Assembly (NCBI GenBank): GCA_965215505.1
Contig: OZ244065.1
Coordinates: 4,640,001-4,704,000, forward strand
DNA: 64,000 bases
Direction of reading: 5' to 3'
Source: Capsulimonadaceae bacterium
Lineage (GTDB): Bacteria > Armatimonadota > Armatimonadia > Armatimonadales > Capsulimonadaceae
The position numbers and the translations under genes are program-made. Below the pieces are notes generated by a model that worked only from the letters and a program-made list of their open reading frames with translations, was not told the origin of the DNA and did no database searches. The first letter of the stretch is position 1, and the number at the start of each line of letters is the position of its first letter. Positions 9,907 to 19,030 of the stretch are shown here, in pieces.

Positions 9907-10506
9907 CTAGTGGACGGCTTCCGAGTCCTGGGCGATCTCGAAGAGGAACCAGGTGCGCCGCTCGGCGTCGTCCAGCAGTGACTCCAGCAGATCGCTCGTG
10001 GCGAGGTCCTTGTTGTCGTCGGCGACCTCAGCAGCCGCGCGGATCTGCTGGGCGACGTGGCGGTTGTCCAGCAAAAGCCGCCGGACCATTTCCTGCGGGG
10101 CGACAAACTCGTCGTTGTCATCATGTAGGGTCTGGAGCTTGCCCGCGTGAGACAGTGAGCGGATGGAGGTGCCGCCGATCTTGCGGATGCGCTCCACCAT
10201 CGGGTCGATCCCCTCCAGTATCTGCGCTGCATGCTCATCGAACAACAGGTGCAGGTCACGGAAGCGCGGGCCGGACAGATGCCAGTGGAAATTCTTGGTC
10301 TTGGCGTACAGCGCGAGGGAGTCGGCGATGAGCGGGTTGACTGCATCGGTGACGGCCTTGGCCTGCTCCGGCGTCAGGTCCGTCGGGGTGGAAAGCTGGG
10401 GCGCGGCGGGGTAGGTCTTCGGGAAGCCCTCCGACCGGCTCTGGGCCGGGCTGCCGTCTGCGGTGACGCCGTTGCCCTTGCTGGGCTTGGGTGCTGTCAT
10501 TGTCAT
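9907..10506 (-). CDS. dps: Dps DNA starvation/stationary-phase protection protein
   Basis: LYAKTKNFHWHLSGPRFRDLHLLFDE ferroxidase motif; ERIRKIGG; ERRTWFL. Confidence 0.95.
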   Translation of the reverse strand: MTMTAPKPSKGNGVTADGSPAQSRSEGFPKTYPAAPQLSTPTDLTPEQAKAVTDAVNPLIADSLALYAKTKNFHWHLSGPRFRDLHLLFDEHAAQILEGIDPMVERIRKIGGTSIRSLSHAGKLQTLHDDNDEFVAPQEMVRRLLLDNRHVAQQIRAAAEVADDNKDLATSDLLESLLDDAERRTWFLFEIAQDSEAVH

Positions 10507-10578
10507 CGGTTCAATGCCTTTCCGTGATAAACCCATGTGCCGGACGTGCTGCCGCCCGGCGTTTGGCTCAACCGGGGT

Positions 10579-10605
10579 TTACCCGACGTGGCGCACAAGA
10601 CAAAC
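10579..10605 (-). promoter_or_regulatory. Putative SigB/SigF-like promoter (GTTT-N17-GGGTAA) for dps
   Basis: Minus strand reads GTTT gtcttgtgcgccacgtc GGGTAA. Confidence 0.55.
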
Positions 10606-10690
10606 ACACGCATCATCGTCTTGTCATACATATTTAACTAGTTAAAGCAATACGTTAGCAGTTAAGCGCATCAGTTAATCGTCGGCTGAT

Positions 10691-10716
10691 GTTTAGCATC
10701 TTGTACGACAAGGTAA
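10691..10716 (+). promoter_or_regulatory. Putative SigB/SigF-like promoter (GTTT-N16-AGGTAA)
   Basis: About 45 nt upstream of the small acidic ORF that leads the ADH operon. Confidence 0.5.
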
Positions 10717-10762
10717 CACTGAGGCGGATAAACGGCCCCGTAAAGCTACGAGGAGACAAGAA

Positions 10763-10879
10763 ATGGCAGACGACGAGACGACGGAAGAAGAGCAGGAAGA
10801 CACCGACCAGGAGACGAACGACCACAGCCCCGAGGCGGCTCAGGTGGGCACATCGGACGGCGACGGTGAGAGCAGCTAA
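10763..10879 (+). CDS. 38-aa acidic small protein (not in the ORF track)
   Basis: GAGGAG RBS; translates to MADDETTEEEQEDTDQETNDHSPEAAQVGTSDGDGESS*; the stop abuts the RBS of the next gene. Confidence 0.55.
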   Translation: MADDETTEEEQEDTDQETNDHSPEAAQVGTSDGDGESS

Positions 10880-10892
10880 GAAGGAAGACCAC

Positions 10893-12119
10893 ATGAAAGC
10901 AGTTGTCTGGCACGGCATCGGCGACATCCGCCTGGATGAAGTGCCCAAACCCACGATTAAAGACCCCTCGGACGCCATCATCCGGCTGACAGCCAGCGCG
11001 ATCTGCGGGACCGACCTGCATTTCATCCGCGGCACGTTCGCCGGCATGAAGCCCGGCACGATTTTGGGCCACGAGGGCGTCGGCGTGGTGGAGGAGGTGG
11101 GCAAAGACGTCCGCAACTTCAATATCGGCGACCGGGTCGTCATCGGCTCCACACTGGCCTGCGGGACTTGCCCCTTCTGCCGCAAGGGCGATTATTCTCA
11201 GTGCGACAAGGCCAACCCGAACGGTCCTGCGGCGGGCACGGCCTTCTTCGGCGGCCCGGTCCCGGCAGGCGGCTTTGACGGCTTGCAGGCGGAGTACGCC
11301 CGCGTTCCGTTCGCCCACACCACCCTGGTCAAGCTGCCCGACGAGGTGAGCGACGCCCAGGCGATCCTGATCTCGGACATCTTCCCCACCGCCTATTTCG
11401 GCGCGGACATCGCCGACATCAAGCCGGGCCACACCGTCGCCGTGTTCGGCTGCGGGCCGGTCGGCCAGTTCGTCATCGCCAGCGCCAAGCTGATGGGCGC
11501 GGGCCGCGTCTTCGCCGTGGACGCCGTGCCGTCCCGCCTGGACATGGCGCGGGCGCAGGGGGCCGAGGTCGTCAACTTCAACGAGGAGCATCCCGTCGAA
11601 ACCCTGATGCGGCTGACCGATGGGGCGGGCGTAGACTGTATCATTGACGCGGTCGGCGTGGACTCCTATCACGCCCATCAAGGCCCCGCCGCCAAGCTGG
11701 AGAAGGCGCAGGAGGGGCAGTTCAAGCAGGAGATGGAGCAGAACAACCCGGCGGGCTACAACCCGCAGGGCAGCGACTGGATTCCCGGCGACGCCCCCTC
11801 GCAGGCTTTGCAGTGGGAGGTCGAGTCGGTGGCAAAGGCCGGTACTATCTCGATCATCGGCGTCTACCCGCTGACCATGAACTCGTTCCCCATCGGCGCG
11901 GCCATGAACAAGAACTTGACCCTGCGGATGGGCAACTGCCCGCACCGCAAGTACATCCCGCTCCTCGTGGACCTGGTCCGCAGCGGCGTCATTGACCCGA
12001 CTATGATCCTGACCCAGCAGGAGCCGATGGCCTCGGCGATTGACGCCTACAAGTCGTTCGACGAGCGCAAGCCGGGCTGGATCAAGGTCGAGCTGGAGCC
12101 GCAGGCGATGGCGGCCTAG
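10893..12119 (+). CDS. Zinc-dependent alcohol/formaldehyde dehydrogenase (MDR family)
   Basis: ICGTDLH, GHEGVG, CGTCPFC..C, GCGPVG; start MKAVVW. Confidence 0.93.
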   Translation: MKAVVWHGIGDIRLDEVPKPTIKDPSDAIIRLTASAICGTDLHFIRGTFAGMKPGTILGHEGVGVVEEVGKDVRNFNIGDRVVIGSTLACGTCPFCRKGDYSQCDKANPNGPAAGTAFFGGPVPAGGFDGLQAEYARVPFAHTTLVKLPDEVSDAQAILISDIFPTAYFGADIADIKPGHTVAVFGCGPVGQFVIASAKLMGAGRVFAVDAVPSRLDMARAQGAEVVNFNEEHPVETLMRLTDGAGVDCIIDAVGVDSYHAHQGPAAKLEKAQEGQFKQEMEQNNPAGYNPQGSDWIPGDAPSQALQWEVESVAKAGTISIIGVYPLTMNSFPIGAAMNKNLTLRMGNCPHRKYIPLLVDLVRSGVIDPTMILTQQEPMASAIDAYKSFDERKPGWIKVELEPQAMAA

Positions 12120-12193
12120 ACTTGCACCCGGCGGGGGCCGTAGCCTGTCGCGGCCCCCGCACCCATCATGAAAAGGCGGCAGAAGGAAAACCT

Positions 12194-13078
12194 TTGAAAC
12201 TGACTTCCTCATCCGCCTGGCGGACCCTGGCGGCTGCCGCCGGACTCGCCCTGCCCCTCGCCGCGCACGCGCAGGGTCCGCAGTCCGGCTCCGTCAAGTC
12301 CGGCGGCGCGACTATCGCCTACCGCGTCCAGGGCCACGGCCCGGCCATGATGCTGATTCACGGCTACCCGCTGTCGGGTGAGCTGTTCGCCAAGAACCGG
12401 GCCGTTTTGTCGCACCGCTACACGGTCGTCACCCCAGACCTTCGCGGCTTCGGCAGCAGCACCACGCCGGACACCAAGGGCGGCGTCGAGCTGTATGCCA
12501 AGGACATGCTGGCCGTCATGGACCACCTGCACGTCAAGAAGGCGATCATCGGCGGCATGTCCATGGGTGGCCCCGTCGTCCTGGAGATGTACCGTGAGGC
12601 CCCGCAGCGGTTCCGCGGCATGATCCTGATCGACTCGGTCGCCGCGCCGGCCTCCCCGCCCGAGAAGGGGCAGTGGCCCGGCTTCGGCCAGCTCGCCGCC
12701 CAGAAGGGGACGGCGGCCATGATTCCCATCCTCATGCCGCAGATGCTGACCACGAAGACGCGCATGGCCGACCCCGCCCTGGTGACGTTCATCGGCGGCA
12801 TCGTCAAGAAAGGGTCCACGAAAGCCGCCGTGGGTGGCGGCGAGACCCTCGCCACCCGGCCCGACTCGCAGCCCACGCTGGCCCACATCAAGGTGCCGGT
12901 CCTGCTCCTGGTGGGCATGGATGACCCGATCTACGCCGTCGAGATGCAGAAGATGATGCAGAAGCTGGCCTACGGCTCCCGCATGGCGATCATCCCCGGC
13001 GCGGCCCATGCCGCCATCATCGAGAAGCCTGCCGCCTGTGACCGGGCAATCGAGAGCTTCGCCGCGAGCATCCGCTGA
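12194..13078 (+). CDS. Secreted alpha/beta hydrolase
   Basis: Signal peptide ending AHA; IHGYP, PDLRGFG, GMSMGG, AHAA. Confidence 0.9.
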   Translation: MKLTSSSAWRTLAAAAGLALPLAAHAQGPQSGSVKSGGATIAYRVQGHGPAMMLIHGYPLSGELFAKNRAVLSHRYTVVTPDLRGFGSSTTPDTKGGVELYAKDMLAVMDHLHVKKAIIGGMSMGGPVVLEMYREAPQRFRGMILIDSVAAPASPPEKGQWPGFGQLAAQKGTAAMIPILMPQMLTTKTRMADPALVTFIGGIVKKGSTKAAVGGGETLATRPDSQPTLAHIKVPVLLLVGMDDPIYAVEMQKMMQKLAYGSRMAIIPGAAHAAIIEKPAACDRAIESFAASIR

Positions 13079-13139
13079 CCTCCGACATCCGGGCGGGCGC
13101 AGAGCGCCCGCCCCCTCGTGCCGTGAAAGAACCAACACA

Positions 13140-13442
13140 ATGCCACTCACCGTGATCGCCAAGTTCCAGGCCAAGCCTGGTTCGGAAGATGAAGTCCGGC
13201 ACGCCCTCTTGGGCATGACCGCGCCCTCCCGCGCCGAAGAGGGCTGCCTGAACTACGACATTTATCAGTCCAATGACGACCCGACAATTCTCTTCACCTA
13301 TGAGAACTGGACCGGCAAGCCCGCCCTGGATGAACACATGGAGACGCCGCACTTCAAGAACCTCGGCGAGATTCTTAAGCCGCTCCTGGCCTCCCCGATG
13401 GTGATCGACCTCCTGACCATGCGGAGCGCCCCGGCGGCTTAG
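13140..13442 (+). CDS. ABM-domain putative quinol monooxygenase
   Basis: AKFQAKPG...SRAEEGCLNYD...YENW...HMETPHF. Confidence 0.9.
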   Translation: MPLTVIAKFQAKPGSEDEVRHALLGMTAPSRAEEGCLNYDIYQSNDDPTILFTYENWTGKPALDEHMETPHFKNLGEILKPLLASPMVIDLLTMRSAPAA

Positions 13443-13469
13443 TCGCCTGAAACCTATCGGAGTAGAAAC

Positions 13470-14597
13470 GTGCTATCGCTGAAACTATCATCCACCCTCG
13501 CCCTGCTGGCGCTCACCGCCCTCCCCGCCTGCGCGCAGCGCGTGGAGCAGGTCGCGACTTTTAATGGGCCGATGCTTACCGGCGTCACCACCTCCAAGTC
13601 GGGCCGCATCTTCGTGAACTACCCGCATTGGGGCGATCAGGTGCCCTTCACGGTGGCCGAGATCAAGAACGGCAAGGCGGTCGCCTACCCGAACGCTAAG
13701 ATCAACCGGATCAACAAGGCCGACCCCGGTGCCTGCCTGTACTCGGTGCAGAGCGTCGTCGTGGACCCCAAGGACCGCCTGTGGGCTTTGGACACGGGCA
13801 GCGTCAAGCTCGGCCCGAATGTCGCCAAAGGGCCTAAGATGGTCTGCATCGACCTGAAGACCAACACCGTGACGCGGACGATCTTCTTCCCGCGCTCGGT
13901 CGTCCCGCCCGCCACCTACCTCAACGACGTGCGCTTTGATCTGCGGCGCGGCAAGGCGGGCATGGCCTACATCACCGACTCGGGCGCGAAGGCCCCGAAC
14001 GGCATCATCATCGTGGACCTCGCGACCGGCGACAGCTTCCGGCGGCTCGGCGGGCATCCTTCCGTTAAGGCCGACCTCAGCCTGACGATGCACCCGGAAG
14101 GGCAGCCCCTGTTCGAGCGCAAGCACGGCCTGTCCCCGCAGAAGCCCAAGCTCGGCTCGGACGGCATCGCCCTCAGCGCGGACGGCAAGACGCTCTACTA
14201 CTGCCCGCTTATCAGCCGCAAGCTCTACAGCGTGGACGTTGACACCATGCTGGACCGGACCAAGAGCGAGGCCGACGTGGACGCCACGGTTAAGGACCTG
14301 GGCGTCAAGGGTGCCTCGGATGGCCTGGAAATGGACGCCAAAGGACGCCTATACGCGACCGACTACGAGAACGCCCGCGTCCTGGTCGGCCCGCCCGGCG
14401 GCCCGTACAAGACGCTGGCACAGGTGCCACGCATCTACTGGATGGATACGATGTCGGTGGGGGACGATGGGTATCTCTACTTCACCGCCAACGAACTGCA
14501 CCGGCAGCCCTCCTACCACAACGGCAAGGACCTGCGGGTCAAGCCCTACCGCCTGTACCGGGTGAAGGTGGGCGCGAAGCCGGTTTCGCTGAAATAA
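13470..14597 (+). CDS. Major royal jelly protein / L-dopachrome tautomerase-related secreted protein
   Basis: Signal peptide; SVQSVVVD..DRLWALDTG, YLNDVRFD, AYITDSG, SDGIALS. Confidence 0.88.
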   Translation: MLSLKLSSTLALLALTALPACAQRVEQVATFNGPMLTGVTTSKSGRIFVNYPHWGDQVPFTVAEIKNGKAVAYPNAKINRINKADPGACLYSVQSVVVDPKDRLWALDTGSVKLGPNVAKGPKMVCIDLKTNTVTRTIFFPRSVVPPATYLNDVRFDLRRGKAGMAYITDSGAKAPNGIIIVDLATGDSFRRLGGHPSVKADLSLTMHPEGQPLFERKHGLSPQKPKLGSDGIALSADGKTLYYCPLISRKLYSVDVDTMLDRTKSEADVDATVKDLGVKGASDGLEMDAKGRLYATDYENARVLVGPPGGPYKTLAQVPRIYWMDTMSVGDDGYLYFTANELHRQPSYHNGKDLRVKPYRLYRVKVGAKPVSLK

Positions 14598-14624
14598 CCT
14601 AACATTCGGGAGAAGAAAACCATC

Positions 14625-15365
14625 ATGGCAGACGACACGACAACCAACGTCAGCAGCTCGGAGCGCTGGAGTACCGCCATCCTCGGCGGCGGCCTGGCGA
14701 CCTACGGCGCGCTGACCCGCACCCCGGCGGGCCTCGCCCTGGGCGCGGCGGGGCTTTACATGATCTACCGAGGCTCGACCGGCTACTGCCCTGCCTACGC
14801 CGCCGCAGGCGTCAACCCGGCCAAATCCACCGACAGCCAGCAGGGAATCCGCGAGAAGCTGGGCGACGTGGGCATCAAGGTCGTCCACTCGGTCACGATC
14901 CTGAAGCCCGCCGCCGACCTGTACGCCTTCTGGCGCGACTTTTCTAATCTGCCGCGCATAATGGACCACCTCGAAGCCGTGACGGTCCACGACGGCGGCA
15001 AGTCGCACTGGGTGGCTAAAGCGCCTCTGGGCAAGACCGTGGCCTGGGACGCCGAGATCATCAACGAGGTTCCGGGCGAGCTGATCGCCTGGCAGTCCCT
15101 CCCCGGCGGCGACGTGGACAACGCCGGCAGTGTCCAGTTCCTGCCTGCTCCGGGCGGGCGCGGGACCGAACTGCGCGTCGAAATCTCCTATGCCCCCCCG
15201 GCGGGCAAGGTCGGCGCGACGGTCGCCAAGCTGTTCGGCGAAGAGCCGAAGAAGCAGCTCGACGACGACCTGCGCCACTTCAAGAACCTCATGGAGACCG
15301 GCGAGCGGCCCACGACCGAAGGCCAGCCCTCCGGACGCGGCCCGGACAAAGACCAGGTAAAGTAG
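14625..15365 (+). CDS. SRPBCC/polyketide-cyclase-family protein with N-terminal DUF2892-like TM segment
   Basis: ERWSTAILGG...TGYCPAY; LYAFWRDFSNLPRIMDHL; DLRHFKNLMETGE. Confidence 0.88.
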   Translation: MADDTTTNVSSSERWSTAILGGGLATYGALTRTPAGLALGAAGLYMIYRGSTGYCPAYAAAGVNPAKSTDSQQGIREKLGDVGIKVVHSVTILKPAADLYAFWRDFSNLPRIMDHLEAVTVHDGGKSHWVAKAPLGKTVAWDAEIINEVPGELIAWQSLPGGDVDNAGSVQFLPAPGGRGTELRVEISYAPPAGKVGATVAKLFGEEPKKQLDDDLRHFKNLMETGERPTTEGQPSGRGPDKDQVK

Positions 15366-15475
15366 GGGCGCGATTCATCGCGCCCTTTATCCGAAACGCG
15401 CCCTCCATTCCAAACGCGCCCTTTGTCCGAAACGCGCCCCTGATCCGAACCGCGCCCCTGATCCGAACCGGGGCA
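15362..15475. repeat. GTAG REP variant plus tandem CCGAAACGCGCCCC-like units
   Basis: GTAGGGGCGCGATTCATCGCGCCC at 15362-15385, followed by about five degenerate ~18-nt units. Confidence 0.65.
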
Positions 15476-15494
15476 CCCAAAAGAAAGACACACT

Positions 15495-16667
15495 ATGAAA
15501 GCGCTCTGCTGGTACGGCAAAAACGACGTGCAGGTCAGTCAGGTCCCCGACCCCAAGATCCTGAACCCGCGCGACGCCATCATCAAGGTCACCTCCACCG
15601 CCATCTGCGGCTCGGACCTGCACCTCTATAACGGTTTCATCCCCTCGATGGAAAAGGGCGACATCCTGGGACACGAGTTCATGGGCATCGTCGTCGAGTT
15701 GGGGGCCGAGGTCAAGAACCTCCAGATCGGCGACCGCGTTGTCGTCCCTTTCGACATCGCCTGCGGCAACTGCCACTACTGCCAGACCGACCGGTTCTCG
15801 CTCTGCGACAACTCCAACCCCAACTCGCTCATGGCCGAGGAGCTGTACGGCTACTCGCCCGCCGCCCTCTACGGCTACTCGCACCTGTACGGCGGCTATG
15901 CCGGCGGGCAGGCCGAGTACGTCCGCGTGCCCTTCGCCGATGTCGGCCCGATCAAGGTGCCCGAAGGGCTGACCGACGAGCAGGTGCTGTTCCTGACCGA
16001 CATCTTCCCGACTGGCTACATGGCGGCGGAGAACTGCGGCATCACGCCCGGCGACACCGTCGCCGTCTGGGGCTGCGGGCCGGTCGGCCAGTTCGCCATC
16101 CAGAGCGCCTACCTGCTCGGCGCGGACCGCGTCATCGCCATGGACCACATCCCCGAGCGTCTGGCGATGGCCCGCGACAAGAGCAAGGCGGATGTGGTGA
16201 ACTATGAGGAGCAGGACAATCTGTTTGAAACGCTCAAAGAGATGACCGGCGGGCGCGGCCCCGACCACTGCATTGACGCCGTCGGCCTGGAAGCGCACGG
16301 CACCGGCCTGGGCAACATCTACGACAAGACCAAGGAACTGGCACGGCTCGCCTCGGACCGCTCCAACGTGCTGCGTCAGGCAATCCAGTGCTGCGGCAAG
16401 GGCGGGACCGTCTCGCTGCCGGGCGTCTACGGCGGCTTCCTGGACAAGTTCCCGATGGGCGCGGCCTTCGCCAAGGGCCTGACCTTCAAGATGGGCCAGA
16501 CCCACACCCAGCGGTATCTGAAGCCGCTGCTGGCCCGCATCGAGAAGGGGGAGATCGACCCGACCTTCGTCATCACGCACCGCATGAAGCTGGACGATGC
16601 GCCGGAAGGGTACAAGATCTTCAAAGAGAAGAAGGACGACTGCATCAAGGTGGTGCTGACGCCGTGA
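15495..16667 (+). CDS. Zinc-dependent dehydrogenase (glutathione-dependent formaldehyde dehydrogenase/YbdR-like)
   Basis: [39 protein letters not shown]. Confidence 0.93.
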   Translation: MKALCWYGKNDVQVSQVPDPKILNPRDAIIKVTSTAICGSDLHLYNGFIPSMEKGDILGHEFMGIVVELGAEVKNLQIGDRVVVPFDIACGNCHYCQTDRFSLCDNSNPNSLMAEELYGYSPAALYGYSHLYGGYAGGQAEYVRVPFADVGPIKVPEGLTDEQVLFLTDIFPTGYMAAENCGITPGDTVAVWGCGPVGQFAIQSAYLLGADRVIAMDHIPERLAMARDKSKADVVNYEEQDNLFETLKEMTGGRGPDHCIDAVGLEAHGTGLGNIYDKTKELARLASDRSNVLRQAIQCCGKGGTVSLPGVYGGFLDKFPMGAAFAKGLTFKMGQTHTQRYLKPLLARIEKGEIDPTFVITHRMKLDDAPEGYKIFKEKKDDCIKVVLTP

Positions 16668-16790
16668 CCTCTCCCCGCCGCAAGCGGCGACCCTCCCCTG
16701 TTAAGGGAGGGTAAAAAGGGAAGCGTTCGTTTGCGCCTTCTTCACCCTTCCCTAACAGGGAAGGGTCGCCACTTGCGGCGGGGAGAGGTC
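16666..16790. repeat. Long intergenic inverted repeat (second REP-like family)
   Basis: GACCTCTCCCCGCCGCAAGCGGCGACCCTCCCCTGTTAAGGGAGGG pairs with CCCTTCCCTAACAGGGAAGGGTCGCCACTTGCGGCGGGGAGAGGTC. Confidence 0.7.
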
Positions 16791-16798
16791 CGCCACCC

Positions 16799-17845
16799 AT
16801 GAACAAAACCACCCGAAACATCCTGCTCCTCTCCGGCCTCGCCCTTGCCGCCCGCGCCCTGCTCCAGAAGAGCCGCGAGGCGGACCTGACCGATCAGGTC
16901 GTACTCATCACGGGCGGCTCGCGCGGCCTGGGCCTGGCCCTCGCCGCCGAGTTCGGGCGGAAGGGCGCGAAACTCGCCCTCTGTGCCCGCGATGCCGGGG
17001 AACTCCAGCGCGCGAAGGGGAAGCTGGCGGGGGAGGGGATAGACGCCTACACCGTCGTCTGCGACCTGACCGACACGGCCCAGGTGGGGCGGCTCATTTC
17101 GGACGTGACGGCCTACTACGAGCGCATTGACATACTGGTCAACAACGCTGGCATAATTGAGGTGGGGCCGGTGCAGAACATGGCCCGGTCGGATTTTGAA
17201 GACGCCCTGGCCGTGGACTTCTGGGGTGTTCTGGACCCCATCCTGGCCGTCCTGCCGCAGATGCGGGCACGAAGAAGCGGCCGTATCGTCAACATCACCT
17301 CCATCGGCGGTAAGGTCGCCTTCCCGCACTTGCTGCCGTATGTCGCCGCCAAGTTCGCCGCCACGGGTCTGTCCGAGGGCCTGCACGCCGAGCTGAAGCG
17401 CGACGGCATCACCGTCACGACCATTGTCCCCGGCCTGCTGCGGACCGGCTCCTATGGGAACGCCCTGTTCAAGGGGAAGAAGGCCGGCGAGTACGCCTGG
17501 TTCAGCCTCGGCGACAACCTGCCCGGCGGCTCCATCTCCGCCGCACGCGCGGCGTGCGAGATCGTCACGGCGACCCGGCGCGGCGAAGCGGAGCGCATCC
17601 TGTCCATACCCGCGAACCTTTTGGCCCGCCTGCACGGCCTGGCCCCCGCGAATACGGGCGGCCTGCTGACATTGATAAACAACCTCGCCCTGCCCGCGCC
17701 CACCGAGGAGCCGGAAGGCTTCGCGACTTCCAAAGGCGAGGATGTAGACCCGGACGTCCCCGCCCGCCCGCTGTTTGAAGCGGCGACCGTCCTGGGCCGG
17801 GCGGCGGCGGAGGGGCTGAACCAGAAGACCGACCAAGACCAGTAG
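16799..17845 (+). CDS. Short-chain dehydrogenase/reductase
   Basis: TGGSRGLG, NNAG, YVAAK (YxxxK). Confidence 0.92.
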   Translation: MNKTTRNILLLSGLALAARALLQKSREADLTDQVVLITGGSRGLGLALAAEFGRKGAKLALCARDAGELQRAKGKLAGEGIDAYTVVCDLTDTAQVGRLISDVTAYYERIDILVNNAGIIEVGPVQNMARSDFEDALAVDFWGVLDPILAVLPQMRARRSGRIVNITSIGGKVAFPHLLPYVAAKFAATGLSEGLHAELKRDGITVTTIVPGLLRTGSYGNALFKGKKAGEYAWFSLGDNLPGGSISAARAACEIVTATRRGEAERILSIPANLLARLHGLAPANTGGLLTLINNLALPAPTEEPEGFATSKGEDVDPDVPARPLFEAATVLGRAAAEGLNQKTDQDQ

Positions 17846-17853
17846 TGGGAACG

Positions 17854-19014
17854 TCAACGATAGACGCTGCGCGTCAGGGCAACGTCTCGGGGCAAGGCCG
17901 GTCGCGCATCCGGTGTAAGCCCCTGGTTACGACGCAGGATGGCGGCGAGGGCGGGACGCATCCTGCCTTCCAGAAGAAGACGGCACAGGTGCGTGTTGGC
18001 CGCCAGCGCGTCGGCCAGAGTTTCCTGGCCCTTGTCCGAGATGCCGTTGCCGCGCAGGTCCAATGATTGGAGCCTTGGGTTCCGCGCCAGCGCGGACGCC
18101 AGCGCCGCCGCGCCCGCATCGCCCAGATTGTTTGGCGATGCCCCCAAGACGCGGGTTGAAGGGCTATGTCCCAGGTCAAGTGTAGTGAGCGTGGGGTGTA
18201 CGCCGATCACTTGCGCGAGGACTTCCCCAGACCGAGCCGTCAGCCCGTTGCTCGCCAGCCCTAGCTCCTCCAGCCCCGCGTTCTCCCGCAAGGCTCCAGC
18301 GATCAACGCCGCGCCTTCATCCCCCAGATGACCGACATTCAGCAGCAGTGCTTTAATGCTCTGGTTGGCCCGCAGGAGGGCCACCAGCCGGGGCGCGTCG
18401 CCCGGCCCCAGCCCGTTCCCGCCCAGGTACAGGCGCTCCACCGTCCGGTTCCCCTCCGTCAAAGCGTCCAGCAGGGCGGCGGCCCCGTCCGGCCCGATCT
18501 GCGTGTTGACAAGGTCCAGCGTCCGCAGGGTCCGGTTACGCCGCAGCATGTCGGCCAGCATCCGGGCACCCTCCGCGCCGAGGGGGTTGCGCTTGAGCCA
18601 CAGCCCGCGAACGGCCGCATCGGCGGACAGGGGCCGGGCCAGTGCGAAGGCCCCGTCGGGTCCGATCTTGTTGCAACCGAGGTAGAGCGTTTCCAGGGCG
18701 GCGTTCTGCCCGACCAGCCCGGCGACGTCCGCCGCGCCCGCGTCGCCGATGCCGTCCGTGCCCAGCATCAGGCTGACCACCGATGTGTTCCCGGCCAGGG
18801 CGGCGACGATCGTCCGGCACCCGGCGGGTCCCAAGGACTGCTTGCATAGGTCCAGCCGACCGTCCAGCGTCAGGGTGCCGCGCGGGAACGTGATCGGCGC
18901 GTCCGAGCGCGCACCGCCCCGCAAATGGTCTACGAGGGGCCACAGTTCGGCGGGGTCGCACGGGACGATATCGGCCACGGTATAAAGGGGGCAGTGCGGG
19001 GCGTCGTGTGTCAT
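17854..19014 (-). CDS. Leucine-rich repeat protein, ribonuclease-inhibitor/GALA-like 28-residue repeats
   Basis: About 9-10 repeats of LxxLxLxxNxIGxxGAxxLAxxL. Confidence 0.88.
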   Translation of the reverse strand: MTHDAPHCPLYTVADIVPCDPAELWPLVDHLRGGARSDAPITFPRGTLTLDGRLDLCKQSLGPAGCRTIVAALAGNTSVVSLMLGTDGIGDAGAADVAGLVGQNAALETLYLGCNKIGPDGAFALARPLSADAAVRGLWLKRNPLGAEGARMLADMLRRNRTLRTLDLVNTQIGPDGAAALLDALTEGNRTVERLYLGGNGLGPGDAPRLVALLRANQSIKALLLNVGHLGDEGAALIAGALRENAGLEELGLASNGLTARSGEVLAQVIGVHPTLTTLDLGHSPSTRVLGASPNNLGDAGAAALASALARNPRLQSLDLRGNGISDKGQETLADALAANTHLCRLLLEGRMRPALAAILRRNQGLTPDARPALPRDVALTRSVYR

Positions 19015-19030
19015 AGCCTTATCGATAGTC

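Noticed and set aside
9828-10346. Apparent long N-terminal extension of the Nramp ORF
   Set aside because: It overlaps dps in another frame; the real start is most likely 9827.
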